Shown here in pieces: positions 1 to 14,400 of a stretch of DNA of 64,000 bases (position 1 is the stretch's first letter; each line of letters starts with the position of its first letter). The DNA is taken from positions 1-64,000 of the forward strand of contig NIVC01003244.1 of the NCBI GenBank assembly GCA_002269645.1. Reading direction: 5' to 3'. Under the pieces are notes generated by a model. The model was not told the origin of the DNA. It saw only the letters and a list, made by a program, of their open reading frames with translations, and ran no database searches. Position numbers and translations under genes: made by a program. Source of the DNA: Macrostomum lignano (lineage: Eukaryota).

Positions 1-719
1 TCAGGCTAGATGGCCAGCTTGCTCAGCTTTAGATATAAAATATTAATAGAAACAACCATGTTTAGGGCCATTCCATATAATTATGGTTGTAACATGACAG
101 ACTATTTTTACTTATAAAATGAAATCTAATAATAGAATATACTAAACCAATATTTGGAATGAAAGATTATTTGTCAAGAATATGTTTATAAAAGTTTCAT
201 ATAGATATTCATCAATAGTATAGATGCTATTAAACCTTGAATGGCACTTATGGTCGTAAAAACAAGATTTTTAACATATAGAGACTAAAAAGGTAAAAGT
301 CTTATAACATTTTTCATTTTAATATTTTGCAATAATTTTTTTTTAATTTGACTAAGAACATCTTTAGAAGTCATACTCTTTATTAGAATATATAAACTCA
401 AAAAGGCAACAAATATACAAAGAAAAGGCAGCCTTATGGTCATAACATTATGGTCATAACATTTTTTTTCTGTCAATTCAGTAACTTTGAGGCATTAATA
501 TATTCAAAATATAATAAATTATATGGTTGCTAATGTTTTTATCTGATGATGCAAGTAGGCCTACTATAATTTAATACATAGTTTGTTTTAACTTTCTAAA
601 GCTTTCTATTTGTTTTTAAAAGGTACATAAACTTAATGATGTCTTTTTCTTAGAAAATGTCCAATTTTTTTACAAAAATAACTTTTTGCCAATTGATAAC
701 ATACTAATCCAACATTTTA

Positions 720-1554
720 CGAGGAGGGGTGTCCAAAAGTTCCCGAATGTCTAACATAAGCTCTTCAACAGAGCCATGAAATTTCACGCGGCCATGGTGT
801 CAAATGAAAAGAAATTTTGTCACAAAGAATACAAAGTTAAAATCATGTTGATATCTTTTTTTATTCAAGAGCTACAGCAAGAAACGTGCGCAAAGGTCAG
901 GGGTAGTGTTACACAACCTCAACAATCTATGGCAATAATTTTTTCATCTCCATTTTTGGAGTTTTTCATTTTGAATTCGTGCTACCGACGTGTCAGAAAG
1001 ACGTGGTAGTGTCTATGGAAAAAAGCAGAAATGCTCATAAAGCTAATCTGAGCTTTTGCGCGAGTGCAGATAATTCATATCAAGCGCTTGCCTTCAACTT
1101 GAAATTTCTTTGCAAAAATGAGTTCTCTTCAGAGCCTTGAAAGTCAGCAAAGTCAAGTTTTTGCCCTTTGGTCAGTAGGATGGAGTGGAGCCAAGATTTC
1201 TGACCACTTATTCTCCATCCACGGTGAGAAACAGCCTGAAAAAAGCTGCAATTTACGGATGGATCGAATGCTTTAGAGATGGCCAGTCTGCTGTGAATGA
1301 ATTCAAAATGAAAAATTCCAAAAATGGAGATGAAAAAATTATTGCCATAGATTGTTGAGGTTGTGTAACACTACCCCTGACCTTTGCACAAGTTTCTTGC
1401 TGTAGCTCTTGAATAAAAAAATATATCAACATGATTTTAACTTTTGTATTCTTTGTGACAAAATTTCCTTTCATTTGACACCATGGGCATGAAATTTCAT
1501 GGCTCTGTTGAAGAGCTACGTTAGACATTCCAGGAACTTTTGGGACACCCCTTG
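720..1554. mobile_element. Non-autonomous Tc1/mariner-like MITE with ~255-bp terminal inverted repeats
   Basis: 720-978 is the reverse complement of ~1299-1554 (also seen as mirror ORFs 776+ and 1528-). Ends read C(G/A)AG..GGGGTGTCC, flanked by TA at 718-719 and 1555-1556. No transposase ORF inside. Confidence 0.8.
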
Positions 1555-1855
1555 TATCATTTATTTATTCTTAGATTGTATACATTACATATAAAAAAGA
1601 TTAGGTAAAAAATTGGCTGATAAGGCAATGACAAGCAAAAATATTGACTTTTTTCTATTTTTCAAAGATGTCTATCTTATATAGAATGGGCCTTTAGGCA
1701 AAAATGATCATAGTGGTCAGTAAGCACAATGCATTATAAAAATATTGAAATTTTAATGTATAAAAAGTGTTATAGCTTTTTTTATTACATGACTAATTTT
1801 CAAAAGTAACATATTTGTGTCATATTTAACATATAAAAAAGTAAAATTTAACATA

Positions 1856-2672
1856 GAGGGGCATCTAGAAAGTAGTATTACTATTACTTGGTGTGGATGT
1901 ATGGAAAGTTGCACTTGCATGAGTTTGGTGTCATTTGAAAGCAGCAAGTCTCTTATTTAAAATGACACAATTGCAAGAGATTTGAATATGTGCTTCAAGA
2001 GATATGGATAATTAAGTAGAGAAAGGTCAGTCATAGACTTACATAAGCTAAAATTTAAGCTAAAAATAGCATTCAGCTTGAATTTTTATCAATTTTTCTT
2101 GCATGCATAAACTGTCTATGGCCAAATTTGATGTAGTAAATGAGAGGGGCTGCCTCAGAAAACTAAGACTGCAGTTGCTGTGCTAAGTCCATAATAGTTG
2201 CAATCAATTGGAGAGCAAGGTTAGGGTCTTGTTGCACCAGATTCCAAGAACTCTGGATGTAGACGCCATTGACAAGATGTGAGACCAATTGGAGAAGTGT
2301 GTCATGTCTGGTGGTGACTACATTGAGAAGACAACTCTGCCAACCAATGAGTTATTTTAACATTGTTTGCTTGTATAACAATTTTGCTTGTTATCATCTG
2401 TTATCACCTGTTTTTTACTGTACTTTTGTTGTGTTGTTTGGATTTTCTTGGAGTGATTAATAAGTTTTCTGTAGACACAGCTTATGTAAGTCTATGACTG
2501 ACCTTTCTCTACTTAATTATCCATATCTCTTGAAGCACATATTCAAATCTCTTGCAATTGGTGTCATTTAAAGAAGAGACTTGCCACTTTCAAATGACAC
2601 AAAACTCATGCAAGTGCAACTTTCCATAGGTCCACACTGAGTAATAGTAACACTACTTTCCAGATGCCCCTC
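1856..2672. mobile_element. Second MITE/foldback element with ~195-bp TIRs
   Basis: 1856-2049 (GAGGGGGCATCTAGAAAG...ACATAAGCT) is the reverse complement of 2479-2672 (AGCTTATGT...AGATGCCCCTC). Non-coding interior; TSD ambiguous. Confidence 0.75.
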
Positions 2673-3249
2673 ATTTATTATAATATATATGTATAGATAC
2701 TTTAATATTGAGATTTTATTAGATTAGATGAATAGATAAGGATGATATAGATAAGGATCTATATTGATTCTCTTTTATATAAAAGCAAGCCTAATAGTGA
2801 AACATTATTGGTAATCTAAAAACCTCAAATTTAATTTTAATAAAAGTATTTTTCTATGGCTTAAAGAATAACAAAACAAAGCTACATATAACTATAATTA
2901 AAAATCAGGGTTTGCCCATTTCTATACTTGATAGGATGTCAATGCATTTTTAGATTTTCAAAAAGATGCCAGTGTGCTAGCAAAATGTTGTTTTTGCCAG
3001 ATATCTAATGTCAGAACCTTTACTTTAATAAAGTCATGTGGGATAAACCTAGAACATCAAGATTGCTAATGAAAAATAAAGTAAAAAATTACAAGCCAAT
3101 TATAAAACTTAAGCATTTGATTCATATATTCCAACATTGGTATATAATAATGAATCATGTTTAATGATTATGGCTAATACTAATAAATAAGCTAATTATA
3201 ATATTTATAATTATTAAACTTAAAATGATGCTTAGATATTGATTCTAGC

Positions 3250-3720
3250 TAGTGTCAGTTAGCCAATTGGAATGTCTATGATGATTCTGATTTGTATTGA
3301 TTCGGAATGCTTTTATTGATGTTTAGGTTTTGTATAGGATATTATATGTTAGCCCAGCTGGATTGTCTATGGTAATTCCCTGGTCCAAGTTGTATCTAAT
3401 AAGCAAACTAACCCAACTGGAATGTTTATGGTAATTCCTTGGTCTTTGTTTTATTCAGTGAGCTAATCTATCAGGAATATCTATGGTAATTTCTCAGTCT
3501 CAGCTGTATCCAGTGAGCTAATCCAACTGGAACACCTATTGTCTCTGGTAATTCATTGGTCATTCAGTGAGCTAATCTATCTGAAATGTCTATGGTAATT
3601 TCTTGGTCTCAGTTTTATTCAGTTAGCCAGCCTAAGTGAAATGTCTATGGTAATTTCTTGGTACCTCATTTTTATTCAGTAAGCTAATTAGCTAGACAGT
3701 GAAGTGTCTGATAATTCATT
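3250..3720. repeat. Degenerate ~60-bp tandem repeat
   Basis: Recurring TGTCTATGGTAATT...TTATTCAGTGAGCTAA motifs at roughly 60-bp spacing. Confidence 0.6.
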
Positions 3721-5416
3721 GGCCTCAAAGGTATCAATCCCTACAAGTTCCTGACTGATTTGAAACTCCTTTCTGTACTTCTAAAATTTTAGTTTTTTTC
3801 TTGCGCGAAAACAGGGCTTATTATTTTAATGACGTGAATCTCTATTCCACATTTTCTCTCGATATCATACAGAAATATAGATTTTCTAATGACTTTGCAG
3901 CTAGGACTATTGCTCTATGTGTTTTCCTTTTCCGCCTCCAATTTAGGAGCCACGCGCGCGTGTGTGTGGGCGGGACTCTGTGGGCCGACTTTTTTGGAAG
4001 TGAAACACAAACCTGTTTTTTGGATTATTAGAATGACGCAGTTCTCTAGTTCTTATGCGTAGTTCTATGCATGTGTGTTGCGAGTTATAGCTATGGTGGA
4101 TAGATGTTTATAATCGACTCCAATTAATCTATATGCATATTATCATCTCGAATGCATTAATACTCAGTCCAAATTTATAAATTATTAGAGAAATTGAAGT
4201 AAAGAAAGAGTTTCAGTGGGTTTACAGTTCTTTTCTCTCCTCTTTTGGTTTCCATGGTCTTGAAGCTGGGGGAATAGAAAATGCTATATTGATACAGTAT
4301 AGACTCTGCGCGTGTGTATAATTTGATGGCTTGGCCTGACAACGGTACCAGAGAATAGCGCGGGCTGGAGGTTGAGGCACTGCAAATGATAGAAGGAGAG
4401 ATGAAGATGAAGGGATAGAAGGGAACTGCAATGCCTTGGCGATGGAATAAGGGACATTGCGCGCGCGGTGAAACCATTTTCCCATCTATATATATGTATA
4501 TGTGCACTGTTTTTTTTCACTTTCCCTCTTTCCCACCACCCAGCCTCCTTCCACCCGGTTTCCAACGTGCATCAAAGAGCAAAAGAGAAAAAAACTCGCT
4601 GAACAGGGACTTCTAGTTACTAGTAAAACAATTGGACTGGAACGACGCCCCATAGACATTCTCAAATCGGCCGTCACTCGGTAGTATAAATGGACGTAGT
4701 ACAGTTGAGATTGTGTACAGTATTCGTTCTAGGCTTATCCCAAGAATCCGATTCAGTTTGCCTTGAGAATGGTATACGCACTAACCGCTGTCAACTCTGC
4801 TTAACCTGTGCAGATTGCTTGCGCTAATTTGCTGATCATATAAATATTCAAATTCTATAGTGATAGCCTCCAGTTCGGATGGTCGCCTGTCCGATTCCAG
4901 TCCAAGTCTCTTTAAAAGTCACCGACCTCGCTTCGCTCTGAAGATATCCCTTTCTGTGCTGCTTTGCCTTGTCGAAAAAATGCCACCACCACCCCTTGGG
5001 GCAGCCAATAGGGAATAGTATACAAATGGGTTGCCCTCGCGCACTTAGCTCTCTCCCTCTGTTTCGGGATCTTAATCCTCTTTCAGCTGGGTAGGGGTTT
5101 GTACGTTTTTTCAACTATTAAAAAGAAGATAGAACAGACAAGATAGAGAGACAGAAAACAGGAGAAAAGTTCCAGTAACTGCATGCACGCAATGCCGTGC
5201 AGTGTCAAGGGTTAGCAACTTTTAAAATTGAAAGTTAAGTCCAGACTAAAAAAGCAAGAGAAAAACAGTCCAGACTTTCTATTTTATACCTTGCAGTTGG
5301 TCAACTCAATTGTTGGCATGAATTTTCAACGATAAGACATTTTTATTGAACAGAGAAACACAAACAACAGAGAAGATTATCAAGTTAACAGAGAACAGTT
5401 GGCAGCGTCGCTCTCC

Positions 5417-8400
5417 ATGCCATGCTGCGTTGCTGGCGGCGCCTGTTGCGGCGGTAGCGAGGTGATCAACAATCGCTTCTATTGCCGCTCTTTGTCCAGT
5501 AACAGCGTTGACAACAATGCCAGCAGTTGCTATCGGTTCTGTAGTGAACGAAGGCGAAGATTTAGCAGAAATTCATCTGTAATAATTCGTTTTGGAAATA
5601 TCTTCTTCTGTCTACTGATAATATTAATAGTGTTGAGTTGTTTGGCCTCGGCTAGTGAAGAACCAGCTGATTTCCTATCTACAGTACTGTCAATCTGTCC
5701 CAAGACATTTCCTAGTCGAACTCGGCGTAGTCAGCAATCGTTCGATCTGTCATCTGCTACAGCAGAAGTAGACAATGTTGATAATAATTCAACATTTGTT
5801 GCGCTGACAAATCATCATCTTTTAATTAGCCAGCTCTGTCAGGAGAACTATAATGATAATAATAACCAATCTTCCGAGTCTGAATTGCTACTCCTAGCTA
5901 GATTGTTGAACCGGTTCAATCGCAGTCTGTACCGAGTGCCGAATTGTCGCCACCTGCCTGTCCAGTATGTTCTGCCCCAATTCGATGGCTGCTCTAATCT
6001 TACTGCCATTTTAACTAAGACACTTTCTGAACGTAATCTGACAGCAGTGCGAGCCGTCAGATCGTTAGCCTGCGACTGTATCGATCGGCTATTGATTGTA
6101 TCGGCTGAATTAGAATTTGTATTGGAAAATTTTCATTTGCTTGTTGATCGAATCTATTTTACTAAGTCTTCTGTGGACAGGGCGGCGCACCAGAGACAGA
6201 TGCAGGCCTGTCAGGTGAGTTGCATTTTTAATTGGTCTTCTCTCACATTTTGTTTACACCTAATGAGGTCTAATCTCACTATCCGTATGTATCTATCTCG
6301 CCGAGATCTTATCTCATTTTGTTAAGACCTCATTTTACTGACGAGATCTAATCTCACCATCCGTGTATCTCTATATCTCATCGCACTCTATAAAGATCTC
6401 ATCTCTCTTCACCGAGATCTAATCTCAGTCCATCTATATCTACGTCTCTTCTCTGTCTTCTATTTTATCTGACTTACGTCATCAAATCTCGTCTCACCCT
6501 CATTCTATCTGCATGTCTCGCGTCGAGTTGTAGCTAAAAGGGGTTGTAGCCTTGTGTAGTCAGAGCATTGGACTCGCGACTTGAAGGTCGGGGTTTCGAT
6601 TCCTGATCGTACTGGAACAATTTGTGTCATTGAGCAGGACACTTAACTCTGCATTGCTTCAGTTCACCCAGCTGTAAAATGGGTGCCAGCATTAGCTGGG
6701 GTAATTGAGGGTGTGGGGGGCCTTAATCTGTAATCTTTTTTTCCTAACTGCGTTTGCCTGCGTTTCATAAGTGGCCGTTAGATAATTAATCTTACGACTG
6801 AATCTATCCAAGCTTTTAAAGAAATCAGTTGACGTACTAAAATAAGTTCGATTTATATATTTTTATAATGTTTTATAAAATCATTCTTAAGCTTCTGGAC
6901 TGTCTGCTGTGTCCGGAAATGAGGCAGATTTGGACTGTCTGGTCTTTCTCAAATTTAAAATGAGAACGGTGAACGATAAAAAATTACATCTTAGAATGGT
7001 AGGCGATAGCAAGGTAGAACGTAAAATTTTAGATGGTAGATCAGTAGAATTGTAGATGGTAAATGGTAGATTGTAGAATGGTAGTCTAGAGTGTAGAAGT
7101 AGAACAGTAGAATGGTAGATGGTAGAACGTTAAAGTGTAGAAATCGAACAGTGGATGTTAGAACGGTAGATGGTAGAATGGTAGTGTAGAATGGTAGATG
7201 GTAGAATGGTAGAGTGTAGAACGGTAGATGGTAGAATGGTAGAGTGTAGAGCGGTAGATGGTAGAATAATAGAGTGTAGAACGGTAGATGGTAGAACGGT
7301 AGATAGTAGAATGGTAGATGGTAGATTGTAGAACGGTAAAGCATTAAATGGTAGAGATTTTGGATAGTAGAACGGTAGATGGTAAAACTTTCCTACCCTA
7401 TCAGCAGCCTATCCGTACCTTGATCCTGCGAGCACTGACTTTAGGTTAAAATGAATGCATGCTTGATTAAAATGAGTGCTCGCAGGGTCAAACTTGGCTT
7501 TAAAAAGGTAAAGTGTTGCAATTGAACCAATAATACGTGTATCCTGCCGCCGAAGACTAAATTACATTACCCGCAAGATTAAAAAGACTGCTAACTGCCA
7601 TACGCCTTAAGTTTAAACATTTGGGTCTTGACATTTTGTAGGCTGTAAAACCTCGTAGGTATGCTTATGTTATAATATTACACAGTATACAGTATGTACG
7701 TTTATAGGCAAAGTTTCGGTATTTTACATCTATACTTATGCCTCTTCTGCAGGCCAGGTGAAAGTCAAACAGATAAAATGCTTTCATGTGTAACTAACTG
7801 TACAACAGTCAGAGAGCGGCAGCTGTCCCAGATCTATCCCATCTCTCTCCAGTGCTTTAACTGGCTTTTTCTCCCTTTCTGTACCTGATGCAGGGGATAG
7901 ATGAAACTGGGATTCTATCCTAATATCCTTTGGCTTTGCCGTTTTCCATTTAAAATCTAAATAATACTTCACAAAATTCTAGTCAAAGAGTTAGTGTTTG
8001 ACATTCAATACACGGAATTGTTCACGTGTTAAGGATCATAGGGAATTGTTCATCTGTTAATGATCATGGGGAATTATTCATCTGGTAATGATCATGGGGG
8101 ATTGTTCATCTGTTAATGATCATGGGGAATTGTTCATCTGTTAATGATCATGGGGAATTGTTCATCTGTTAATGATCATGGGGAATTGTTCATCTGTTAA
8201 TGATCATGGGGAATTGTTCATCTGGTAATGATCATGGGGAATTGTTCATCTGTTAATGATCATGGGGAATTGTTCATCTGTTAATGATCATGGGGGATTG
8301 TTCATCTGTTAATGATCATGGGGGATTGTTCATCTGTTAATGATCATGGGGAATTGTTCATCTGTTAATGATCATGGGGGATTGTTCATCTGTTAATGAT

Positions 8401-11400
8401 CATGGGGGATTGTTCATCTGTTAATGATCATGGGGAATTGTTCATCTGTTAATGATCATGGGGGATTGTTCATCTGTTAATGATCATGGGGAATTGTTCA
8501 TCTGTTAATGATCATGGGGGATTGTTCATCTGTTAATGATCATGGGGAATTGTTCATCTGTTAATGATCATGGGGAATTGTTCATCTGTTAATGATCATG
8601 GGGGATTGTTCATCTGTTAATGATCATGGGGAATTGTTCATCTGTTAATGATCATGGGGAATTGTTCATCTGTTAATGATCATGGGGGATTGTTCATCTG
8701 TTAATGATCATGGGGAATTGTTCATCTGTTAATGATCATGGGGGATTGTTCATCTGTTAATGATCATGGGGGATTGTTCATCTGGTAATGATCATGGGGG
8801 ATTGTTCATCTGTTAATGATCATGGGGAATTATTCATCTGTTAATGATCATGGGGGATTGTTCATCTGGTAATGATCATGGGGAATTGTTCATCTGTCAA
8901 ATATCACGGGGAATTATTCATCTTCCAAAGCTCACCAGGAAATTAATACGAGTTAGTGGTAGCAGAAAGCAGATAAAGCTCACACAGAATTGCTCGAATG
9001 CCGTCTTATTTTATACCTAGCTCGATATGTATGGTAAACAGCAATGATGGTGATAATTTGGGGGTTGACCAATACCAACCTCAATGGTCGAATTGCGAAA
9101 GAGACGAATACGATAAAAAACAGAAACAAAAAATCTCTATGTAAAAAATAGCCAGCCAGCGTACAGTGCATGTTTTTTTCTTAATTAATTAACACGGTCT
9201 GGCGTCCTTTAACTGTTCCACTCCATTCGGTGTGTGTTCATTATACACCAACCTCGTGCCTGAGCACTTCTCCCATTCACTTTGGGCACTTTCTTCCCAA
9301 GTCAGGCAGACAGCCCTCTTCAAACATGCTTCATTTAAAGCGGCCTCTCTAATCCTTTTTCCGTCTTCTCTTCCCTTTTTCTTTCCATCTTTATTGCGCT
9401 CAGGCTTCTTCGAACTCAGTTATACATATGTAGCTTTATTATTGATGAGTTCGCGCTTCATTAGCTCCAATTATATCATATATAATTGTAGCGCATTATA
9501 TTTTCCTCACAAATTGTGTTCTCTAAGTTTCCTTAGTTCGATTTTCGATGGGCGTCTGTGTATTATAGTCCACTTTTATAATAATAATATATAATAGTCC
9601 CACTGTTAGTTTATTACTTTTTGCGGCGCTTCAATGCCCATCAGAATCGACTCCCTGCGCTTGATTTTGGGTACGTGAGCCTCCCAGATCCTCAGTTGCT
9701 GGGCCAGCCCCAGATCCTCAGTTGCTGGGCCAGCCCCAGATCCTCAGTTGCTGGGCCGGCCTCCCAGATTCTCAGTTGCTGGGCCAGCCTCCCAGAGTGT
9801 CAGTTGCTGGGCCAGCCTCCCAGATCCTCAGTTGCTGGGCCACCAGCCTCGCAGATCCTCAGTTGCTGGGCCAGCCTCCCAGAGTGTCAGTTGCTGGGCC
9901 AGCCTCCCAGAGTGTCAGTTGCTGGGCCAGCCTCCCAGATCCTCAGTTACTGGGCCACCAGCCTCCCAGATCCTCAGTTGCTGGGCCAGCCTCCCAGATC
10001 CTCAGTTGCTGGGCCAGCCTCCCAGATCCTCAGTTGCTGGGCCACCAGCCTCGCAGATCCTCAGTTGCTGGGCCAGCCTCCCAGAGTGTCAGTTGCTGGG
10101 CCAGCCTCCCAGAGTGTCAGTTGCTGGGCCAGCCTCCCAGATCCTCAGTTGCTGGGCCACCAGCCTCGCAGATCCTCAGTTGCTGGGCCAGCCTCCCAGA
10201 TCCTCAGTTGCTGGGCCAGCCTCCCAGAGTGTCAGTTACTGGGCCAGCCTCCCAGATCCTCAGTTGCTGGGCCAGCCTCCCAGATCCTCAGTTGCTGGGC
10301 CAGCCTCCCAGATTCTCAGTTGCTGGGCCAGCCTCCCAGATTCTCAGTTGCTGGGCCAGCCTCCCAGATTCTCAGTTGCTGGGCCAGCCTCCCAGATCCT
10401 CAGTTGCTGGGCCAGCCTCCCAGATCTTCAGTTGCTGGGCCAGCCTTCCAGATCCTCAGTTGCTGGGCCAGTCTCCCAGATCCTCAGTTGCTCGGCCAGC
10501 CTCCCAGAACGTCGTCAATATTAACCCCCACACAGCCTCTGAACTCACTAACTACTAGCAACTTGCCAACCCCCTTTCCTTCACAGACAATGTACAGAGA
10601 CTGGCTGTGCTCAGTAAAGTTCAACGTGTACGACATTAACGACTCCTTAACCCAAGTGAACCCCTGCTCCGAATGGTGCCAATCAGTTGAGACCGAATGT
10701 CCTTATTTGACCCCGTCTGACGACTTCTCAAATGCCGGCGAACCAGTGTTTCTCTGTCACGGTGAGTTTTGCTGTTCATGCATAGGCGTTTCATTTGGCA
10801 ACTGTCATTTTATGGTGCGATACTTGTAGTGCAAGACGGCGCCAAAGCCACTGCAAGATGGCGCCAAAGCCACTGCAAGACGGCGCCAAAGCTAAAATTA
10901 AGTTGGAGCCAAAGCTACTGCAAAATAGCGCCAAAGCTACTGCAAGGTGGCGCCAAAGCTACTGCAAGGTGGCGCCAAAGCTACTGCAAGATAGCGCCAA
11001 AGCTACTGCAAGGTGGCACCAAAGCTACGGCAAAATAGCGCCAAAGCTACTGCAAGATAGCGCCAAAGCTACTACAAGGTTGCGCCAAAGCTACTGCAAG
11101 GCGGCGCCAAAGCTACTGCAAGATAGCGCCAAAGCTACTGCAAGGTGGCGCCAAAGCTACTGCAAAATAGCGCCAAAGCTACTGCAAGGTGGCGCCAAAG
11201 CTACTGCAAAATAGCGCCAAAGCTACTGCAAGGTGGCGCTAAGCTACTGCAAGGCGGCGCCAAAGCTACTGCAAGATAGCGCCAAAGCTACTGCAAGGTG
11301 GCGCCAAAGCTACGGCAAAATAGCGCCAAAGCTACTGCAAGGTGGCGCCAAAGCTACTGCAAGGTTGCGCCAAAGCTACTGCAAGGCGGCGCCAAAGCTA

Positions 11401-14400
11401 CTGCAAGATAGCGCCAAAGCTACTGCAAGGTGGCGCCAAAGCTACTGCAAAATAGCGCCAAAGCTACTGCAAGGTGGCGCCAAAGCTACTGCAAAATAGC
11501 GCCAAAGCTACTGCAAGGTGGCGCTAAGCTACTGCAAGGCGGCGCCAAAGCTACTGCAAGATAGCGCCAAAGCTACTGCAAGGTGGCGCCAAAGCTACGG
11601 CAAAATAGCGCCAAAGCTACTGCAAGGTGGCGCCAAAGCTACTGCAAGGCGGCGCCAAAGCTACTGCAAGATAGCGCCAAAGCTACTGCAAGGTGGCGCC
11701 AAAGCTACGGCAAAATAGCGCCAAAGCTACTGCAAGGTGGCGCCAAAGCTACTGCAAGGTTGCGCCAAAGCTACTGCAAGGCGGCGCCAAAGCTACTGCA
11801 AGATAGCGCCAAAGCTACTGCAAGGTGGCGCCAAAGCTACTGCAAAATAGCGCCAAAGCTACTGCAAGGTGGCGCCAAAGCTACTGCAAAATAGCGCCAA
11901 AGCTACTGCAAGGTGGCGCTAAGCTACTGCAAGGCGGCGCCAAAGCTACTGCAAGATAGCGCCAAAGCTACTGCAAGGTGGCGCCAAAGCTACGGCAAAA
12001 TAGCGCCAAAGCTACTGCAAGGTGGCGCCAAAGCTACTGCAAGGCGGCGCCAAAGCTACTAAAATTATTGCAACGCTTTTTTCGCAAGGAGGTTCCTGAG
12101 GCTTTTTTGCCAGTAAATTGGTGCTGCTGGGAACCACATGCCCTCTAGCGCAAAATTTCATGCAAAATGAAATTATACCTTGCCACTTGCCATGTATATT
12201 AAATAAAAAAACATTGGCTTTTAATGAGACCTTTCTAGTACCAACCCGACTGCTCACCATAGTGCCGCTCTGGGAAATTGCTACTCAAGCTGGCGGCACT
12301 TAGGCCAGACTGAATATGCCTAAAAGCGGGTGTTTGTGTCAGCATGCCTGCCTGCCATGCCTGTCACTGTGTAAGCCTACCCAGGGATAGCGTAATTCGA
12401 TACTGTAATTAAGGCATATTTTTGTTCCGCTTTGCAATTTTTATTCCCCCATGGGAATATTGCGATTTTTTATCATTTCGTTTATATAGTTAATAGAGCA
12501 GCTTTGGGATTTTGGGAGTATGTTTTGAGATTGCTAAGTGTCGGTATTTGTAGGCGGTGTGCCAATGCTGAGCTATTGATCATAGAGTGACCATTCTGGT
12601 ACGACAGTGACAATTCTCATATTGGAGCGACAATTCTTAGCATTGGAGTGACAATCCTTAGCATTGGAGTGACAATCCTTAGCATTGGAGTGACAATCCT
12701 TAGTATTGGAGTGACAATCCTTAGCATTGGAGTGACAATCCTTAGCATTGGAGTGACAATCCTTAGCATTGGAGTGACAATCCTTAGCATTGGAGTGACA
12801 ATCCTTTGCATTGGAGTGACAATCCTTAGTATTGGAGTGACAATACTTAGTATTGGAGTGACACCCTTAGCATTGGAGTGACAATCCTTAGCATTGGAGT
12901 GACAATCCTTAGCATTGGAGTGACAATCCTTAGCATTGGAGTGACAATCCTTAGCATTGGAGTGACAATCCTTTGCATTGGAGTGACAATCCTTAGTATT
13001 GGAGTGACAATCAGTATTGGAGTGACACCCTTAGCATTGGAGTGACAATCCTTAGCATTGGAGTGACAATCCTTAGCATTGGAGTGACAATCAGTATTGG
13101 AGTGACACCCTTAGCATTAGAGTGACAATCCTTAGCATTGGAGTGACAATCCTTAACATTGGAGTGACAATCCTTAACATTGGAGTGACAATCCTTAGCA
13201 TTGGAGTGACAATCCTTAGCATTGGAGTGACAATCCTTAGTATTGGAGTGACAATCAGTATTGGAGTGACACCCTTAGCATTGGAGTGACAATCCTTAGC
13301 ATTGGAGTGACAATCCTTAACATTGGAGTGACAATCCTTAGCATTGGAGTGACAATCCTTAGCATTGGAGTGACAATCCTTAGTATTGGAGTGACAATTC
13401 TTAGCATTGGAGTGACAATTCTTAGCATTGGAGTGACAATCCTTAGCATTAAAGTGACAATCATTAGCAATGGAGTGACAATACTTAGCATTGGAGTGAC
13501 AATACTTAGCATTGGAGTGACAATCCTTAAAATTGGAGTGACAATGCTTAGCATTGAGTTCACAATCCTTAGCATTGGAGTGACAATCCTTAGCATTGGA
13601 GTGACAAAAATCAGTATTGGAGTGACAATCAGTATTGGAGTGACAATCAGTATTGGAGTGACAATCAGTATTGGAGTGACAAAAATCAGTATTGGAGTGA
13701 CAATCAGTATTGGAGTGACAATCAGTATTGGAGTGACAATCAGTATTGGAGTGACAATCAGTATTGGAGTGACAAAGATCAGTATTGGAGTGACAATCAG
13801 TATTGGAGTGACAATCAGTATTGGAGTGACAATCAGTATTGGAGTGACAATCAGTATTGGAATGACAATCAGTATTGGAGTGACAATCAGTATTGGAGTG
13901 ACAATCAGTATTGGACTGACAATCAGTATTGGAGTGACAATCAGTATTGGAGTGACAATCAGTATTGGAGTGACAAAAATCAGTATTGGAGTGACAAAAA
14001 TCAGTATTGGAGTGACAATCAGTGAAAACGCCCGGGGAGTGATAACCCAAGCAGTGAAGTGACAATCCGAGAGTGCCAATTCCAACAGCACTATACTCAC
14101 ACCTACCCCCCTCTTGTTCTTGGCCCATTGCAGAGGACAGCTACAAGGGCACCAGAATGTCAGATCGGTGCACCGGGTACACTCAATGTTGTTGCTACGC
14201 ACCTTCAAGTTCGAATCGGACTAATATCAAGATAATGTGCACATCACCAGCTTCCCTAGGCAGAAAGACCGCATCATCAGCCGCATCAGATTCTGATTTT
14301 AGTGTGGACTTTATTAATAACGCCAATTTAACCGATTCTAACAATGCTACTAATAGTAGCTTACCGAACGTTGGAGCGAGAAATTTCAATGCGTCAACAA

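Noticed and set aside
7752-7888. Exon-like segment in NALF intron 1
   Set aside because: A phase-0 join to exon 1 hits a stop within 2-12 codons; no recognisable homology.
9641-9670. Possible 30-nt NALF microexon (NRLPALDFGY, CAG...GTGAGC)
   Set aside because: In frame, but it would split the conserved C-x3-Y-x2-WLC motif; no further support.
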